Shown here in pieces: positions 10,067-19,910 of a stretch of 64,000 nt of DNA. How positions within the stretch are numbered: the stretch's first letter is position 1; each line of letters opens with the position of its first letter. Source of the stretch: Candidatus Latescibacterota bacterium (GTDB taxonomy: Bacteria; Latescibacterota; UBA2968; UBA8231); the NCBI GenBank assembly GCA_965203175.1, contig OZ241867.1, positions 2,400,001-2,464,000 on the forward strand. Reading direction: 5' to 3'. The translations under genes and the position numbers were made by a program. The notes under the pieces were generated by a model. The model was given only the letters and a program-made list of their open reading frames with translations. It did not search any database and had not been told where the DNA came from.

Positions 10067-10301
10067 TTTGCTTTGGGGAATTCTGGCTATTGTTGGAATG
10101 GTCGTGGGGTTTTTCCCGTGTCTCGGTTCGCTAAACTGGCTCAACATACCTTTTGCAGGCGTCGGCATCATCGTCAGCGGCATCGCACTGGCCGCGGCGG
10201 GCGACAGTTCCAAAAGCTGCGGCGTTGCTGGCTTAGTGTGCTGCATTGTGGCTCTATTTTTCGGAATTATACGCCTCGCGCTGGGTGGAGGCATTTTCTA
10301 A
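10053..10301 (+). CDS. Small 3-TM membrane protein
   Basis: AGGAG RBS before the ATG; hydrophobic 82 aa with FFPCLGSLNWLNIPFA; overlaps the DUF2752 gene. Confidence 0.75.
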   Translation: MQVLSLLWGILAIVGMVVGFFPCLGSLNWLNIPFAGVGIIVSGIALAAAGDSSKSCGVAGLVCCIVALFFGIIRLALGGGIF

Positions 10302-10831
10302 CCATAGCAGGCAATGTATTCCACCAGCGGGCAGGGCGAACGCTATCTCTGTGATCTCGTCAACGACAGCTCGCGTAGAAAGCGACACTGACTTCCCGAA
10401 AGACGCTAAAAAAAGGAAGGACAACTACCATGACACCACTGTTCGGTGCCATCAAGATTTGCCAGAATAAGAAGTTTGCTGATTGCTTTCGGAGCGGCAA
10501 TGCGATAAGTACTGGCACGATAGGCTGCGACCCACTTGTGTTGAACATCGGAGACCTAACCGACATCACAGAGTATGTGAGGACAGAGGATATTAACAAG
10601 GAGTTGCAGATACGCTCCAAGTGACGTAGTGCCGCGCACACGAAGAAGTGCCAACCAATCAGCAGACGGTCCGGCATGTAAAATTGCAGCGTGGCGATTG
10701 GGAACGGAATGCCCTTGAAGGTGCGGATTTCGTCTTGTTCATTTTCCAAAAACAAGTTCGATTGCCTCGAAGGAACTGGGTAAAACCCCCTGATAGTCGT
10801 TTTATATGGCAAAGTGAGGTGTGTCATAAAA

Positions 10832-11875
10832 ATGAGAACGTTCAAGCTGTGGGCGGGTGGGGATGCGCACGTGGGCACGGATCTGGCGCGTGCCAATCGC
10901 CGTAGTCTTGCGGATGTGATCATGCAGGCCGAACAGGGCGGTGCCGAAGGTGGTCCTCCGTTCGAGTGGGATGTTATGCTGGACATCGGGGACCTGTCCG
11001 GGTCGCAGACGCCGCCGGATGACGAGGAAGGGGAAGAGGTGGTGCGGCAGTACAACGCGTCTACCAAACATCCCCGGGAAGATTTCTACAATATTGTGGG
11101 CAACCACGACGCCAGCGGCCCCGACGAGCCGTGCCAGTGGTGGTTTCGGAAGTGGGTGGATCCCACCGGGGAGAATTCCGAGTATTCTGGCGTTCATGCC
11201 GACCGGCGGCCCTATCTGATCGAGGGGACCTGGGAGCGGTATTCGTTTCAGGTGGGGAATGTCCTGTTTCTGGCTATGGGGGACCGCAACGACGGCGGTC
11301 CTCCGGTTGGGCGTGGTGAGAAAGGCGGATATCCCGCCGGCGCGGTGACGCGGGAGACGTTCGAGTGGTGGAAAGAGAAGGTCGAGGAAAACCAAGACCG
11401 GATCATTGTAACGGCCCACCACCATATGTTGAGAGACACGACAGTGGCGTCCGGCCCCTGGGAAGGGGTTGACGGAGGCTACCATGGCCGCTTTGCAGAC
11501 GGGGCGCCCATCGGGGCATCGTATCTCTACTTTGTGGGGGGAGAACCGGATGCAGGGGCATTCGAGTCTTATTTGGCGGCGAATCCGGGTGCGGTCGATC
11601 TCTGGCTGGGGGGGCATACCCATACGGATCCGGATGATACACACGGCGGGCGGTCCCACGTGGAGCGGAAGTGGGGGATGACCTTCGTCAATGTGGCGGC
11701 CATTTCGAAATATCACGGCCACAGGAATGTTTCGATGAGCCGGTTGTTGACGTTTTCGGAAGGGACGGCGGAGGTCAATATCAAGTGCTATCTTCACATG
11801 AGCGACTACGCACCTCAGGGGTGGTACGACAGGGCGGAAAGGACGGTGCCGCTGCGGCTGCCGTTCTCATATTGA
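10832..11875 (+). CDS. Calcineurin-like metallophosphoesterase
   Basis: DAH, IGD, GNHD, HHH and GHTH motifs in canonical order. Confidence 0.88.
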   Translation: MRTFKLWAGGDAHVGTDLARANRRSLADVIMQAEQGGAEGGPPFEWDVMLDIGDLSGSQTPPDDEEGEEVVRQYNASTKHPREDFYNIVGNHDASGPDEPCQWWFRKWVDPTGENSEYSGVHADRRPYLIEGTWERYSFQVGNVLFLAMGDRNDGGPPVGRGEKGGYPAGAVTRETFEWWKEKVEENQDRIIVTAHHHMLRDTTVASGPWEGVDGGYHGRFADGAPIGASYLYFVGGEPDAGAFESYLAANPGAVDLWLGGHTHTDPDDTHGGRSHVERKWGMTFVNVAAISKYHGHRNVSMSRLLTFSEGTAEVNIKCYLHMSDYAPQGWYDRAERTVPLRLPFSY

Positions 11876-11902
11876 CTGGCATGTAGTCCATTGGGCTCTG
11901 CA

Positions 11903-12451
11903 TCAGAACAGAATATCAGCAAACGTCAATAGCCAGGACTCGAAGTCAATACCTTGCTTATCCTCCTGAACCACTGTTTCTGACTGCCGAGCAGGTGGAG
12001 ATGCGGAACGCAGCACCAACTTGGACAAGTGCTCGTGGGCGAGGTGCCATCCTCCTTCCTGCTTGACCCACACGCTAGAGAGACGAAGTGTATGCATCCG
12101 ACTGCGCTGTTTTTTCATAGAGATTCTGGCATCCAGATACCCTGTCACCACAGCGGTATTCTCGAAGAGTTGCACCTCGATATGCCGGGGTTTGAGGTTG
12201 AACGTGAGTCCGGCCTTGAACCCGGACTTCATGCGGTCCCGATCGAACCCTTCGCGGAGCAGACCGCCAGATGAGGAGAAAATGGTATAGCCCGGCGCAA
12301 AACTGCGCCCCAGTACTTCGTGATTTTTGGCGGCAAAAGCTTGGTAATGATCCATCACGGCAGACCGTACACTCTCTTCGTCGGCGGAACCGCGGGCGGG
12401 CAACAGGGCAAGTGTGCACAAGGCTGCGAGAGAATATTTGAGATTATTCAT
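11903..12451 (-). CDS. Secreted NTF2/SnoaL-like (DUF4440) protein
   Basis: Signal-peptide-like N-terminus; NTAVVTG and SSVWVKQEGGWHLAHEHLS NTF2 signature. Confidence 0.8.
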   Translation of the reverse strand: MNNLKYSLAALCTLALLPARGSADEESVRSAVMDHYQAFAAKNHEVLGRSFAPGYTIFSSSGGLLREGFDRDRMKSGFKAGLTFNLKPRHIEVQLFENTAVVTGYLDARISMKKQRSRMHTLRLSSVWVKQEGGWHLAHEHLSKLVLRSASPPARQSETVVQEDKQGIDFESWLLTFADILF

Positions 12452-12522
12452 GGAAGTGAGGATCTCCTTTCGAGTTCCGGACAGTAATGAAGCAAACGGA
12501 TAAAAAAATAAGGCGAAACGCG

Positions 12523-13758
12523 ATGAACCCCTACCAAAGTAATGTCTTTATTAATGCGCAAGCCCACCCTCCACCGGACTATGGTCCAACGCAGAAGGCG
12601 TTGCTAAATCGAGATGCCTTCGCCGATGTGGAAGCAGAAGTGACGCGCTTGCCCGGTTATCAACTGACGCCGCTAATTGCATTGAACGGTCTTGCTGCGG
12701 CGAGCGGTGTTGAAGGCCTGTGGTGCAAGCACGAAGGGTATCGATTTGAGGTGGGGAGTTTTAAACCGACGGGACCCGTTTACGCCATGCTGTCTGTGGT
12801 GAAGGGTGAAATCAAAAAAGCCACCGGTGTGGAAACAGTCACGACACAGGAGCTGATAAATCGGCAGTACGAATCGGTGACGAGAGAAGTCGTCGTCTCG
12901 GCGGCGACATCGGGTAATCACGGGCGAGCGCTGGCGTGGGGTGCCCGCATGTTTGGTTGTCGATGCGTGATTTACATGAACGATGGCGTCAGCGCCGGTA
13001 GGGAGGAAGCGATTGCTGCCTATGGCGCAGAGGTGGTGCGGGTACCGGGAAGCTATGATCGAGCGGTGCAACGCTCGTACGCGGACGCTGAGATGTTCGG
13101 CTATTTTGCCATATCGGATGAGAAATCGGCAGAGTATCCCCACATCTCCCGGGAGATTATGCAGGGGTACGCAATGGTCGCGGACGAAATCGTTCGCCAG
13201 TTCAGCGACGACCAGCCGCCCACTCATGTCTTTGTCCCCGGCGGCGGCGGTCGCTTGGCCGCGGCGACCTGCGGGCATTTGTGGGAGCGCTATGAGGGCA
13301 ACCATCCGCGGGTGGTTGTCGTTGAACCCACCGCATCTGCTTGCCTATACCAAAGCGCGATTTCAAACAGCGCGGCAACCGTCAGCGGGGATGGTCGGTC
13401 CGTTATGGACGGATTGGTCGTTGAATCTGCTTCGCCGCAGGCGTGGGATATTCTAAGGGCTGGTGCTTTTGCCTTTCTTACTGTCCCCGACGAAGCGGCT
13501 GTTGACGCCATGCGACAAGCGGCGACCGGTGTCGATGGAGATCCCCCAATGGTCATTGGTGAAACGGGGATTGCAGCGTGGGCGGGATTTCTGGCAACGA
13601 CCCGCGACGAGAATCTGCGGCAGCAGTTTGGCCTCGATTGCAACAGCCGCATTGTCATCATTGCAACCGAGGGGGCGACCGATCCGGAGGTTTATCGCAA
13701 CCTCGTTGGCGCGACGCCGGAAGCGGTTTTGGCGGGAACCGAACCTCAATCGGAATAG
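12523..13758 (+). CDS. dpaL: Diaminopropionate ammonia-lyase family PLP enzyme
   Basis: YQLTPL, RFEVGSFK (PLP Lys), ATSGNHGRALAWGA, IMQGY, PTHVFVPGGGG, TEGATDP. Confidence 0.82.
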   Translation: MNPYQSNVFINAQAHPPPDYGPTQKALLNRDAFADVEAEVTRLPGYQLTPLIALNGLAAASGVEGLWCKHEGYRFEVGSFKPTGPVYAMLSVVKGEIKKATGVETVTTQELINRQYESVTREVVVSAATSGNHGRALAWGARMFGCRCVIYMNDGVSAGREEAIAAYGAEVVRVPGSYDRAVQRSYADAEMFGYFAISDEKSAEYPHISREIMQGYAMVADEIVRQFSDDQPPTHVFVPGGGGRLAAATCGHLWERYEGNHPRVVVVEPTASACLYQSAISNSAATVSGDGRSVMDGLVVESASPQAWDILRAGAFAFLTVPDEAAVDAMRQAATGVDGDPPMVIGETGIAAWAGFLATTRDENLRQQFGLDCNSRIVIIATEGATDPEVYRNLVGATPEAVLAGTEPQSE

Positions 13759-13810
13759 GCGAAAGGATCCCGCGATGACAACCGATCGCGAAAGGATCCC
13801 GCGATGACAA
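13759..13810 (+). repeat. 23-bp direct repeat (GCGAAAGGATCCCGCGATGACAA) x2, period 29, each copy carrying RBS + ATG
   Basis: Exact copies at 13759-13781 and 13788-13810. Confidence 0.92.
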
Positions 13811-13819
13811 GACGCGAAT

Positions 13820-14950
13820 TTGGAATCGATTATGCCAACGCGCGAGATGGTGGATCATTTTGTGACACCTGCGAAGGCCAATGTGCCGGTAGAGTTGGCG
13901 AGGATTATGTGTAATAATGCACAGTCGGCGTTTGATCCCGAGATCGGATGGGTGGTTTGCGATGGGTTTCGCGGTGGTGGCGTAGATGATTCGCGCGGGT
14001 TTTACGCGTACGAGAAAGACGGTGCGCGGCAGGCGGTCAATTACGCGGATCGCCCGTGTCGCATCCATACGTATGGAAATAGCTTTACGCATTGCGATCA
14101 GGTTAGCAATGGGGAGACATGGCAGGAGTATTTGGCCGCGCATCTGTTGGAGCCCGTTCGCAATTACGGCATTGGCGGGCACAGTGTGTATCAGGCGTAT
14201 CGGCGAATGTTAATTGTGGAGAGGGAATACCCCGCCGAATACGTGATTTTGAACGTGTGGGACGACGATCACTTTCGCAATTTGGATGCGTGGCGGTCCA
14301 TTCGCATGGGACGACAGGGGCGGTTTACGCTGCCGCATTTGTGCGTGAATCTGGAAAGCGGAACCGTGGAAGAGCGCGAGAATTTGTGTAAGACTCCCGA
14401 AGACCTCTATCGGTTATGCGATGCGGATTGGGTGTGGGAGACTTTTGGCGACGATCCGATTTTGCACGCGGTTATGGCGCGCAAGGGCAGTGTGGAAGAT
14501 GCGTCGGCAATGGCACAGAGTATGGGGGGAGAACTCGAGAATGCGGGGTCAGATACCGAGGTTTACAGTCTGCATACCGAAGCGGCTTTGTTTGCAACGC
14601 GGTTTGTAATTGAAAAGGCCGAGGCGTTTACAAAGGCCAAGGGAAAAAAGCTGCTGGTAATTCTGTCATTTGGTTCGCACAATGTAGCAAATGCCCTGAA
14701 GGGCGAGCCGCTTTTTGACCAGACGTTTTTGGATTGGTTGGCGACAAAGGACATACCGATGATCGATTTGCGCGATGCTTTTCGGGAAGAATACGCGACA
14801 TATCGAGGGGATGTACAGACGTTTTTGGCACCGTATTACATAGGGCATCACACGCCGCGCGGAAATTTCTTCTTTGCTTGGGCGATAAAAGATCGAATTG
14901 TAGAATGGCTCGATCCAAAACCATTGCCCTATCAAATAGCGTCGGCTTGA
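13820..14950 (+). CDS. SGNH/GDSL-like hydrolase-fold protein, disturbed 5' end
   Basis: YGNSFTH (block I), NYGIGG (block II), C-terminal IGHHTPRGN. Upstream ATGs are out of frame or blocked by TGA. Confidence 0.7.
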   Translation: MESIMPTREMVDHFVTPAKANVPVELARIMCNNAQSAFDPEIGWVVCDGFRGGGVDDSRGFYAYEKDGARQAVNYADRPCRIHTYGNSFTHCDQVSNGETWQEYLAAHLLEPVRNYGIGGHSVYQAYRRMLIVEREYPAEYVILNVWDDDHFRNLDAWRSIRMGRQGRFTLPHLCVNLESGTVEERENLCKTPEDLYRLCDADWVWETFGDDPILHAVMARKGSVEDASAMAQSMGGELENAGSDTEVYSLHTEAALFATRFVIEKAEAFTKAKGKKLLVILSFGSHNVANALKGEPLFDQTFLDWLATKDIPMIDLRDAFREEYATYRGDVQTFLAPYYIGHHTPRGNFFFAWAIKDRIVEWLDPKPLPYQIASA

Positions 14951-15015
14951 GCTCGGATCGGTCCGGGCGGCGATGATCCTCCCGTTTCAGGAAATGCACA
15001 TTGCAGCAGATATCT

Positions 15016-16068
15016 CTATCTCACTAGCTGCCAACCCGATGCGTCAGCGGTCAGTGCGGCGTGCCCCTTATACTGGTCGTATACCTCGTGCATCTCCTCG
15101 ATCGCGTCGAAGTAACCCACGATGTGGGCAGCACTGAAGGAGTCTCCCGCTTTCACAGGCTTGCCGTGGATTTCTTCAATCATGACGATGATGTCTCCGG
15201 GCCGCTGGCTGCACCACGCTTCATAGACTACAGATGGTTCGAGTGTTAGCCCCGCCAGCCAAGGACCTTCTTCACCCGTCTGCTTGTCTCGCAAATGGTA
15301 TGCGCGAATAAAATGCGCCGGGGTTCTGTTCAAGTCGCGGCGATAGCCGAACTTTAGATCCGGCGGAAATGGGGTGAAGAATTCACTGGACGGGATGCGC
15401 ACTCCATTGGGACCGCTCAGATAGCTGAGATAAATCTCGCTGAACGTATCGCCTTTTTCATGGCGGATACAGCCCGGCATGTCGCTGCGGAGGAACATCT
15501 CGGGCGAATCGTTGACACTGTCGATGCTGTCCATTAAAACAAAGAAGCGTTCCCCTCTGGGGAATACAATCCGCTGGGTCCAGCGCGATCCGGTTTTGCG
15601 ACTAGGGGCGGCATATTCGTACTGATATGTGGTTGTGACCGCAATAAAATTTGCCCCGTGGATCACGTCCGGTTGGACGGGTTTCATTCTGTGGCAGAGT
15701 TGTGGTCCCTCGACCATGCGCTTGCGATGGCTGCTGCCGTGAGACATGCGCGTATAGTACTGCCGGTCCGGCTCGGTCTCGTTTTCGTACCAAGAGTATC
15801 TGCCAACACCGTCCCCGTCCGGCGCAATCACCTGATCGCCGTAGTCCTCGTCGCTGCCCGCCTCCATGAGCCAGTCAATGACCATCAAGCCATCGCCGAT
15901 TTCTCGGAAGCCGGTGGCTTTGTCGAGAAACGATCCCTTTTCGATTCCGGTCATCCAGTGTTTAGGGTTCTTTTTGGGAATGATAGCTGCAAGTTTGTCG
16001 GTTTCGATTTTGATTGCTAGGTCGCTCTCTTCCACGCTCGCCCATGCGGTGTTTTGCATAGAATTCAT
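15016..16068 (-). CDS. Conserved hypothetical protein
   Basis: 350-aa ORF immediately after the esterase stop, with a protein-like composition. No family recognised. Confidence 0.75.
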   Translation of the reverse strand: MNSMQNTAWASVEESDLAIKIETDKLAAIIPKKNPKHWMTGIEKGSFLDKATGFREIGDGLMVIDWLMEAGSDEDYGDQVIAPDGDGVGRYSWYENETEPDRQYYTRMSHGSSHRKRMVEGPQLCHRMKPVQPDVIHGANFIAVTTTYQYEYAAPSRKTGSRWTQRIVFPRGERFFVLMDSIDSVNDSPEMFLRSDMPGCIRHEKGDTFSEIYLSYLSGPNGVRIPSSEFFTPFPPDLKFGYRRDLNRTPAHFIRAYHLRDKQTGEEGPWLAGLTLEPSVVYEAWCSQRPGDIIVMIEEIHGKPVKAGDSFSAAHIVGYFDAIEEMHEVYDQYKGHAALTADASGWQLVR

Positions 16069-16074
16069 CCTGTA

Positions 16075-17679
16075 TCAGGCCGGTGATTGCCAGTTGTTGC
16101 CCCAAAAGCCCCAGTTCAGCACCTCGCCCTCTGAATACACTAGGTAGTCCGGCAGCAATTGCATGTCGAGGTGACTGCCCCAGCAAATGGCGTCTGGCGC
16201 AATGCCGCCGTGGACGGCGACGTAGCGCCGTGGGTTGTGGGGGTGGGGGAAAACGGCGCAGACAGCGGTGCGCTCGCCGCGGTAGAGGTTGTCGGCCAAG
16301 CGGATGGCGTCGCCTTCGAAGCCCAGCGGGAGCTGACCTTCGAACTGCCTCAACACGGCGTTGGTGGATGGGGTGCCGTAGAGCAACAGGTTGTTGCCGT
16401 CGCGGTCGTCGTCCCGCAGATCCACATCTCTGACGACGGGCAGATCCACGGTATTCTCGCCCATGATGCCGCCACGGTGAACGCCGCCGTTGCGACTGCT
16501 GAAGTACCCAGTAGCATGGCTAGCTACCCAGTCGTTGTAGAAACTTTCTTCCTCCGAGCCGGATGTCCCGGGCACCAGCAGTAGGCCGTTGTAGAACAGA
16601 TCGCCGATGGGGCCGGAGGACTGGTGCCGTTTCTCGGCTCTGAGGGCGAAAGTGCCCGGTTCCCAAGTGCCGCTCTGGTGGCGACGAAAGGATTGGCGGC
16701 GGCCCAGGTCGAGGCGGCCTAGGGCTTGGCCGTCGAGGATTACTTCTAGGGTAGTACCCTCTTTGATAGGGCCCAGGGAAAGAGTGTAGACGCCCTCTGT
16801 CCGCACGGTCAGGCGTTTTCCTTCCCGGTGGGCATCCACCTTCCCGGACGCTCCGTAGTGGACGAGTTGGTCTATTTCCACCCAGTACGAGCGATTGTGG
16901 CGCAGGCCCCAAGTGACCAGAGATACATGGGAGGGGGAATCCTGTTTGCGCTGGTTCAGCAGCCAGGGAATCACTTGCTTCCAGATATCCGGCGTGCGGC
17001 AGCCGTGGCCGGTGCGGGGCACTTCGGTGTAGATGTGGGCAATGCCTTTTTCCGCCAGCAGGCCGGCCATCTGACGCGAGTGTGCCACGGGCACGCCGCC
17101 GCCCACGGCCCGGTCCCATTCTCCGTGGACGATCCACAGGGGCGTATGCCGCAGGTTCTCCACTAGGAAGGCGGCCGAGCGCGATTGCCAGGAGGGTTCC
17201 TCCCAGGGGTGCATGTGGAAGGTCAGGCCGCCGGGCTTCTCCCACAGGCGATAGTCGCAATAGCCGCAGAAGGGCGCGGCGGCGGCGAAAAGGTCGGGGT
17301 AATGGGAAGTCAGGTACCAGACGGCGGCACCGCCCATGGACGAGCCAGTGATACTGATGCGTGCCCGATCAATGGCATAGTGAGCGGTCACATGCTTGAT
17401 GGCCTCTAGGACATCGACCTCGCCGTAGTTCTGGTACACGGAGCCGGGGCCTCGCCCGGTGGGCCGCAGGACCACACAGGAGTGGCCCTCGGCCGCGGCA
17501 ATGGCGGCCATTTCCTCGGTTAGGGCAACGGCACCCGGCAGGTGGTGCAGGGCACCGGGACTGACCTCGATAATCAGGGGTTTGGGGTCGGGACCAGTAT
17601 CAGTGGCGCAGACGGCGCAGGGGTGGAGCTGGCCGTCGACGGACGAGCGAAAGTACTGGAGTTGGCCGATGGGCTTCAT
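16075..17679 (-). CDS. Alpha/beta hydrolase (prolyl oligopeptidase/esterase-like) with C-terminal extension
   Basis: GEVDVLEAI, IDRARISITGSSMGG nucleophile elbow, VHGEWD, TGHG. Confidence 0.85.
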   Translation of the reverse strand: MKPIGQLQYFRSSVDGQLHPCAVCATDTGPDPKPLIIEVSPGALHHLPGAVALTEEMAAIAAAEGHSCVVLRPTGRGPGSVYQNYGEVDVLEAIKHVTAHYAIDRARISITGSSMGGAAVWYLTSHYPDLFAAAAPFCGYCDYRLWEKPGGLTFHMHPWEEPSWQSRSAAFLVENLRHTPLWIVHGEWDRAVGGGVPVAHSRQMAGLLAEKGIAHIYTEVPRTGHGCRTPDIWKQVIPWLLNQRKQDSPSHVSLVTWGLRHNRSYWVEIDQLVHYGASGKVDAHREGKRLTVRTEGVYTLSLGPIKEGTTLEVILDGQALGRLDLGRRQSFRRHQSGTWEPGTFALRAEKRHQSSGPIGDLFYNGLLLVPGTSGSEEESFYNDWVASHATGYFSSRNGGVHRGGIMGENTVDLPVVRDVDLRDDDRDGNNLLLYGTPSTNAVLRQFEGQLPLGFEGDAIRLADNLYRGERTAVCAVFPHPHNPRRYVAVHGGIAPDAICWGSHLDMQLLPDYLVYSEGEVLNWGFWGNNWQSPA

Positions 17680-17682
17680 TAT

Positions 17683-19305
17683 TCAAAACGCCCGGCTGAA
17701 GCGCAGGGACACATCGAGGTCGCGCGTCTGGTTGGAGACAGGGCGGGCAATATAGAGGCGGAAATAATCCCTGTGCAGCCCTAGGCCGCCGCTAACTTGC
17801 AGATCGAAGTCGGCCTCGTCCGCCAGCCAAGCCGAACCAGCATCGGCGAAAAAGCCCACATTTACCCGATCCCTTTGCATCCAGTGCTCAGCGTTGAACA
17901 GCACCATTCTATCGCCGCTGAACTCCTTGAAGCCATAGCCGCGCAAAGAGGAAAAACCGCCCAAGTTAAAGTGGTACTGTCGCGGTACTGATCCAGTGGC
18001 TCGTCCTAAACGCATGCGCAGATCAAGGCGACTGCCTTGGCTCACAGGCTGGTAGCGCCGAACATCGAGGATATAGCGCGCAAAGTCTCGGTCCCCGCCC
18101 CAAGTTCCTCCGGCCCGTTCGCCAAGGCCATTGACAAACCAGCCGCGCCGGGGGCTATGGCGGCTATCGCGACTGTCCCAGCGCAGTTCGGCCCGCAGGC
18201 TTTTGTAGCGTTCCTCGTCAATGGCTGGATTGGGGCGGAAACGGTTCCGGCCCAAGCGACCCAACAAGGCCCACTGGACGCTGTTTTCTAAGGAAGAGAA
18301 ATCGTCTTGAGTATAGCGGACGGTCAAGCGCAGGTCGGGGCCCAAGCCCTGCACCGCATATGCGCTGAAACCCGTGCGGCGATAGTAATCGCGGAAATCG
18401 CGCCGGAACAGCACGGCATCCAGCGAATTTTCCTCGGTCGATAATAGCCAGTGATCTTGGGTATCAGTCAGATCGTGTAACTCGGCACCTAAACGCGCGA
18501 CGTACGGCCCCGAGTTCCGCTCCACCGCCAACCACTCGGCCCCCAACTGGTAATGCCAGTAGTCGCTGCCCAAGCCCCGCCCCAACTCGCCGTATTGCAC
18601 CAAGCGGGAAAAGTCGTTGAAAGGAATTCGAGGACGCCAGCCCAGATAGAGGCCGTCCACTTTATTGTACTGGGCGACCAATCCCTCTGGCTGCCATTCC
18701 AGCAACTTGTGGCCTCTGTTCCACTGGCCTTGCCAGCCGGCGAAACCGCTGGTCTCTAAGTCGTGGGGGTCCTGCCAGCCGGCGAAACCGCCGGTCTCTA
18801 AGTCGCGGGGATATTGCAGAGCCCGGGCGATCAAGCGCTCCAAGCGGCCCTCGAAACGCACCAAGATTAAGTCTGCGTCGCTGAGGACGACGAGGTGCAT
18901 TTGATCTACTGTCTGACCGCGGATGTGGTAGAGCAGCCAAGCTACTTCTTGGCCATCGCGTACTTTGAGGGCTACTTCCCAATTTTTGCGCGTCAACAAT
19001 TCTTGGACCCGGGGCGATACTCTCCAATCCTGCCGGAAAGGAGTGTGGCGGGCCGTGTACACACCCACTTTGACCGCGTGGATTTCGCTCAGCATACCGC
19101 GTACTCTCCAGCTCGGAGGCACGAAAAAGGTTACCAAGCGAGCAAAACCCACACTCATAGGGCCAAAACTCATTTCAATTTCCCGCTCGTATTGGACCTC
19201 GGGTAGTTCCCGCTCTATGTCCCGGCGCAACTGGCCCAAGTCCGCAGCGCGGAAGCAACTAGTCAGACTCAGCGCAATGATCGCATACAAGGTCAATTTG
19301 GTCAT
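17683..19305 (-). CDS. Lipoprotein with N-terminal DUF4252-like domain fused to a BamA/TamA (Omp85)-like beta-barrel
   Basis: Lipobox LTSC; WEVALKVRDGQE...DLILVRFEG; YNKVDGLYLG; WDSRDS..SPRRGW; LGGFSSLRGY; FFADAGSAW; terminal Phe. Confidence 0.75.
   Translation of the reverse strand: MTKLTLYAIIALSLTSCFRAADLGQLRRDIERELPEVQYEREIEMSFGPMSVGFARLVTFFVPPSWRVRGMLSEIHAVKVGVYTARHTPFRQDWRVSPRVQELLTRKNWEVALKVRDGQEVAWLLYHIRGQTVDQMHLVVLSDADLILVRFEGRLERLIARALQYPRDLETGGFAGWQDPHDLETSGFAGWQGQWNRGHKLLEWQPEGLVAQYNKVDGLYLGWRPRIPFNDFSRLVQYGELGRGLGSDYWHYQLGAEWLAVERNSGPYVARLGAELHDLTDTQDHWLLSTEENSLDAVLFRRDFRDYYRRTGFSAYAVQGLGPDLRLTVRYTQDDFSSLENSVQWALLGRLGRNRFRPNPAIDEERYKSLRAELRWDSRDSRHSPRRGWFVNGLGERAGGTWGGDRDFARYILDVRRYQPVSQGSRLDLRMRLGRATGSVPRQYHFNLGGFSSLRGYGFKEFSGDRMVLFNAEHWMQRDRVNVGFFADAGSAWLADEADFDLQVSGGLGLHRDYFRLYIARPVSNQTRDLDVSLRFSRAF
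18731..18810. repeat. In-frame 42-bp tandem duplication (DLETxGFAGWQ x2)
   Basis: tgccagccggcgaaaccgc(t/c)ggtctctaagtcg(t/c)gggg at 18731 and 18773. Confidence 0.92.
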
Positions 19306-19307
19306 GG

Positions 19308-19910
19308 CTAGTCTTTCCGCGGCGCTTTAGGGGGAGCCGCCCCAAAGTCAATGCTGTCCAAAGACTCTATGTCGAACTTGCGGCCAATGCGCCCCACCTG
19401 GGCTAGGTCAAGGGGGCCGACAATATTGATGAAGACAAATTCGTCGGGATCTCCAGCCAAGACCAAAAGTCCGACGATAGTTTCACCCTCGGTGCGCACG
19501 TAGAACTGCACCCGCTGATCCCGTTCGCGCACCTGCACCACTCGCTCCCAGTCGGGCAAGGTGAGGGCTTTGAGCCGTTCGGCGATGCTCTCGTAATCGT
19601 ACGACGTGTCTAGGTCTCGACCCTCCGCCTTTTGGTAAGCTTGGACGCGGATGAGGGACAGGGACTCCAGCATATCGGCTAGGTCTGGGTCTTCAAAGCG
19701 AGTAGCCGCAGCCACCAACTCGAGGAGCGGGTCTTTCAGGTAGATCTCGATGGAGGTTTCCGGCTCGGGGCCATCGAATAAGTCTAAGGAGGAGAAATCG
19801 ATGTACCCGGGTTGCTTTTCTAGCGGCGGGGAGGCCCAAGCGCTAGTGGGACTGACGGCAACGGCAAAGAGAAGCAGAGCGTAAAAAAAGAACATGGCAA
19901 AACTCCTCAC
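19308..19910 (-). CDS. DUF4252 family secreted protein
   Basis: Signal peptide; PGYIDF, EIYLKDPLL, WERVVQVRE, FVFINIVGPLDL. Start may be ATG 19895. Confidence 0.82.
   Translation of the reverse strand: MRSFAMFFFYALLLFAVAVSPTSAWASPPLEKQPGYIDFSSLDLFDGPEPETSIEIYLKDPLLELVAAATRFEDPDLADMLESLSLIRVQAYQKAEGRDLDTSYDYESIAERLKALTLPDWERVVQVRERDQRVQFYVRTEGETIVGLLVLAGDPDEFVFINIVGPLDLAQVGRIGRKFDIESLDSIDFGAAPPKAPRKD

Noticed and set aside
13805-13807. In-frame TGA as selenocysteine
   Set aside because: The TGA arises from the duplicated ATGA, there is no Cys-type catalytic context, and no SECIS-like hairpin was recognised.
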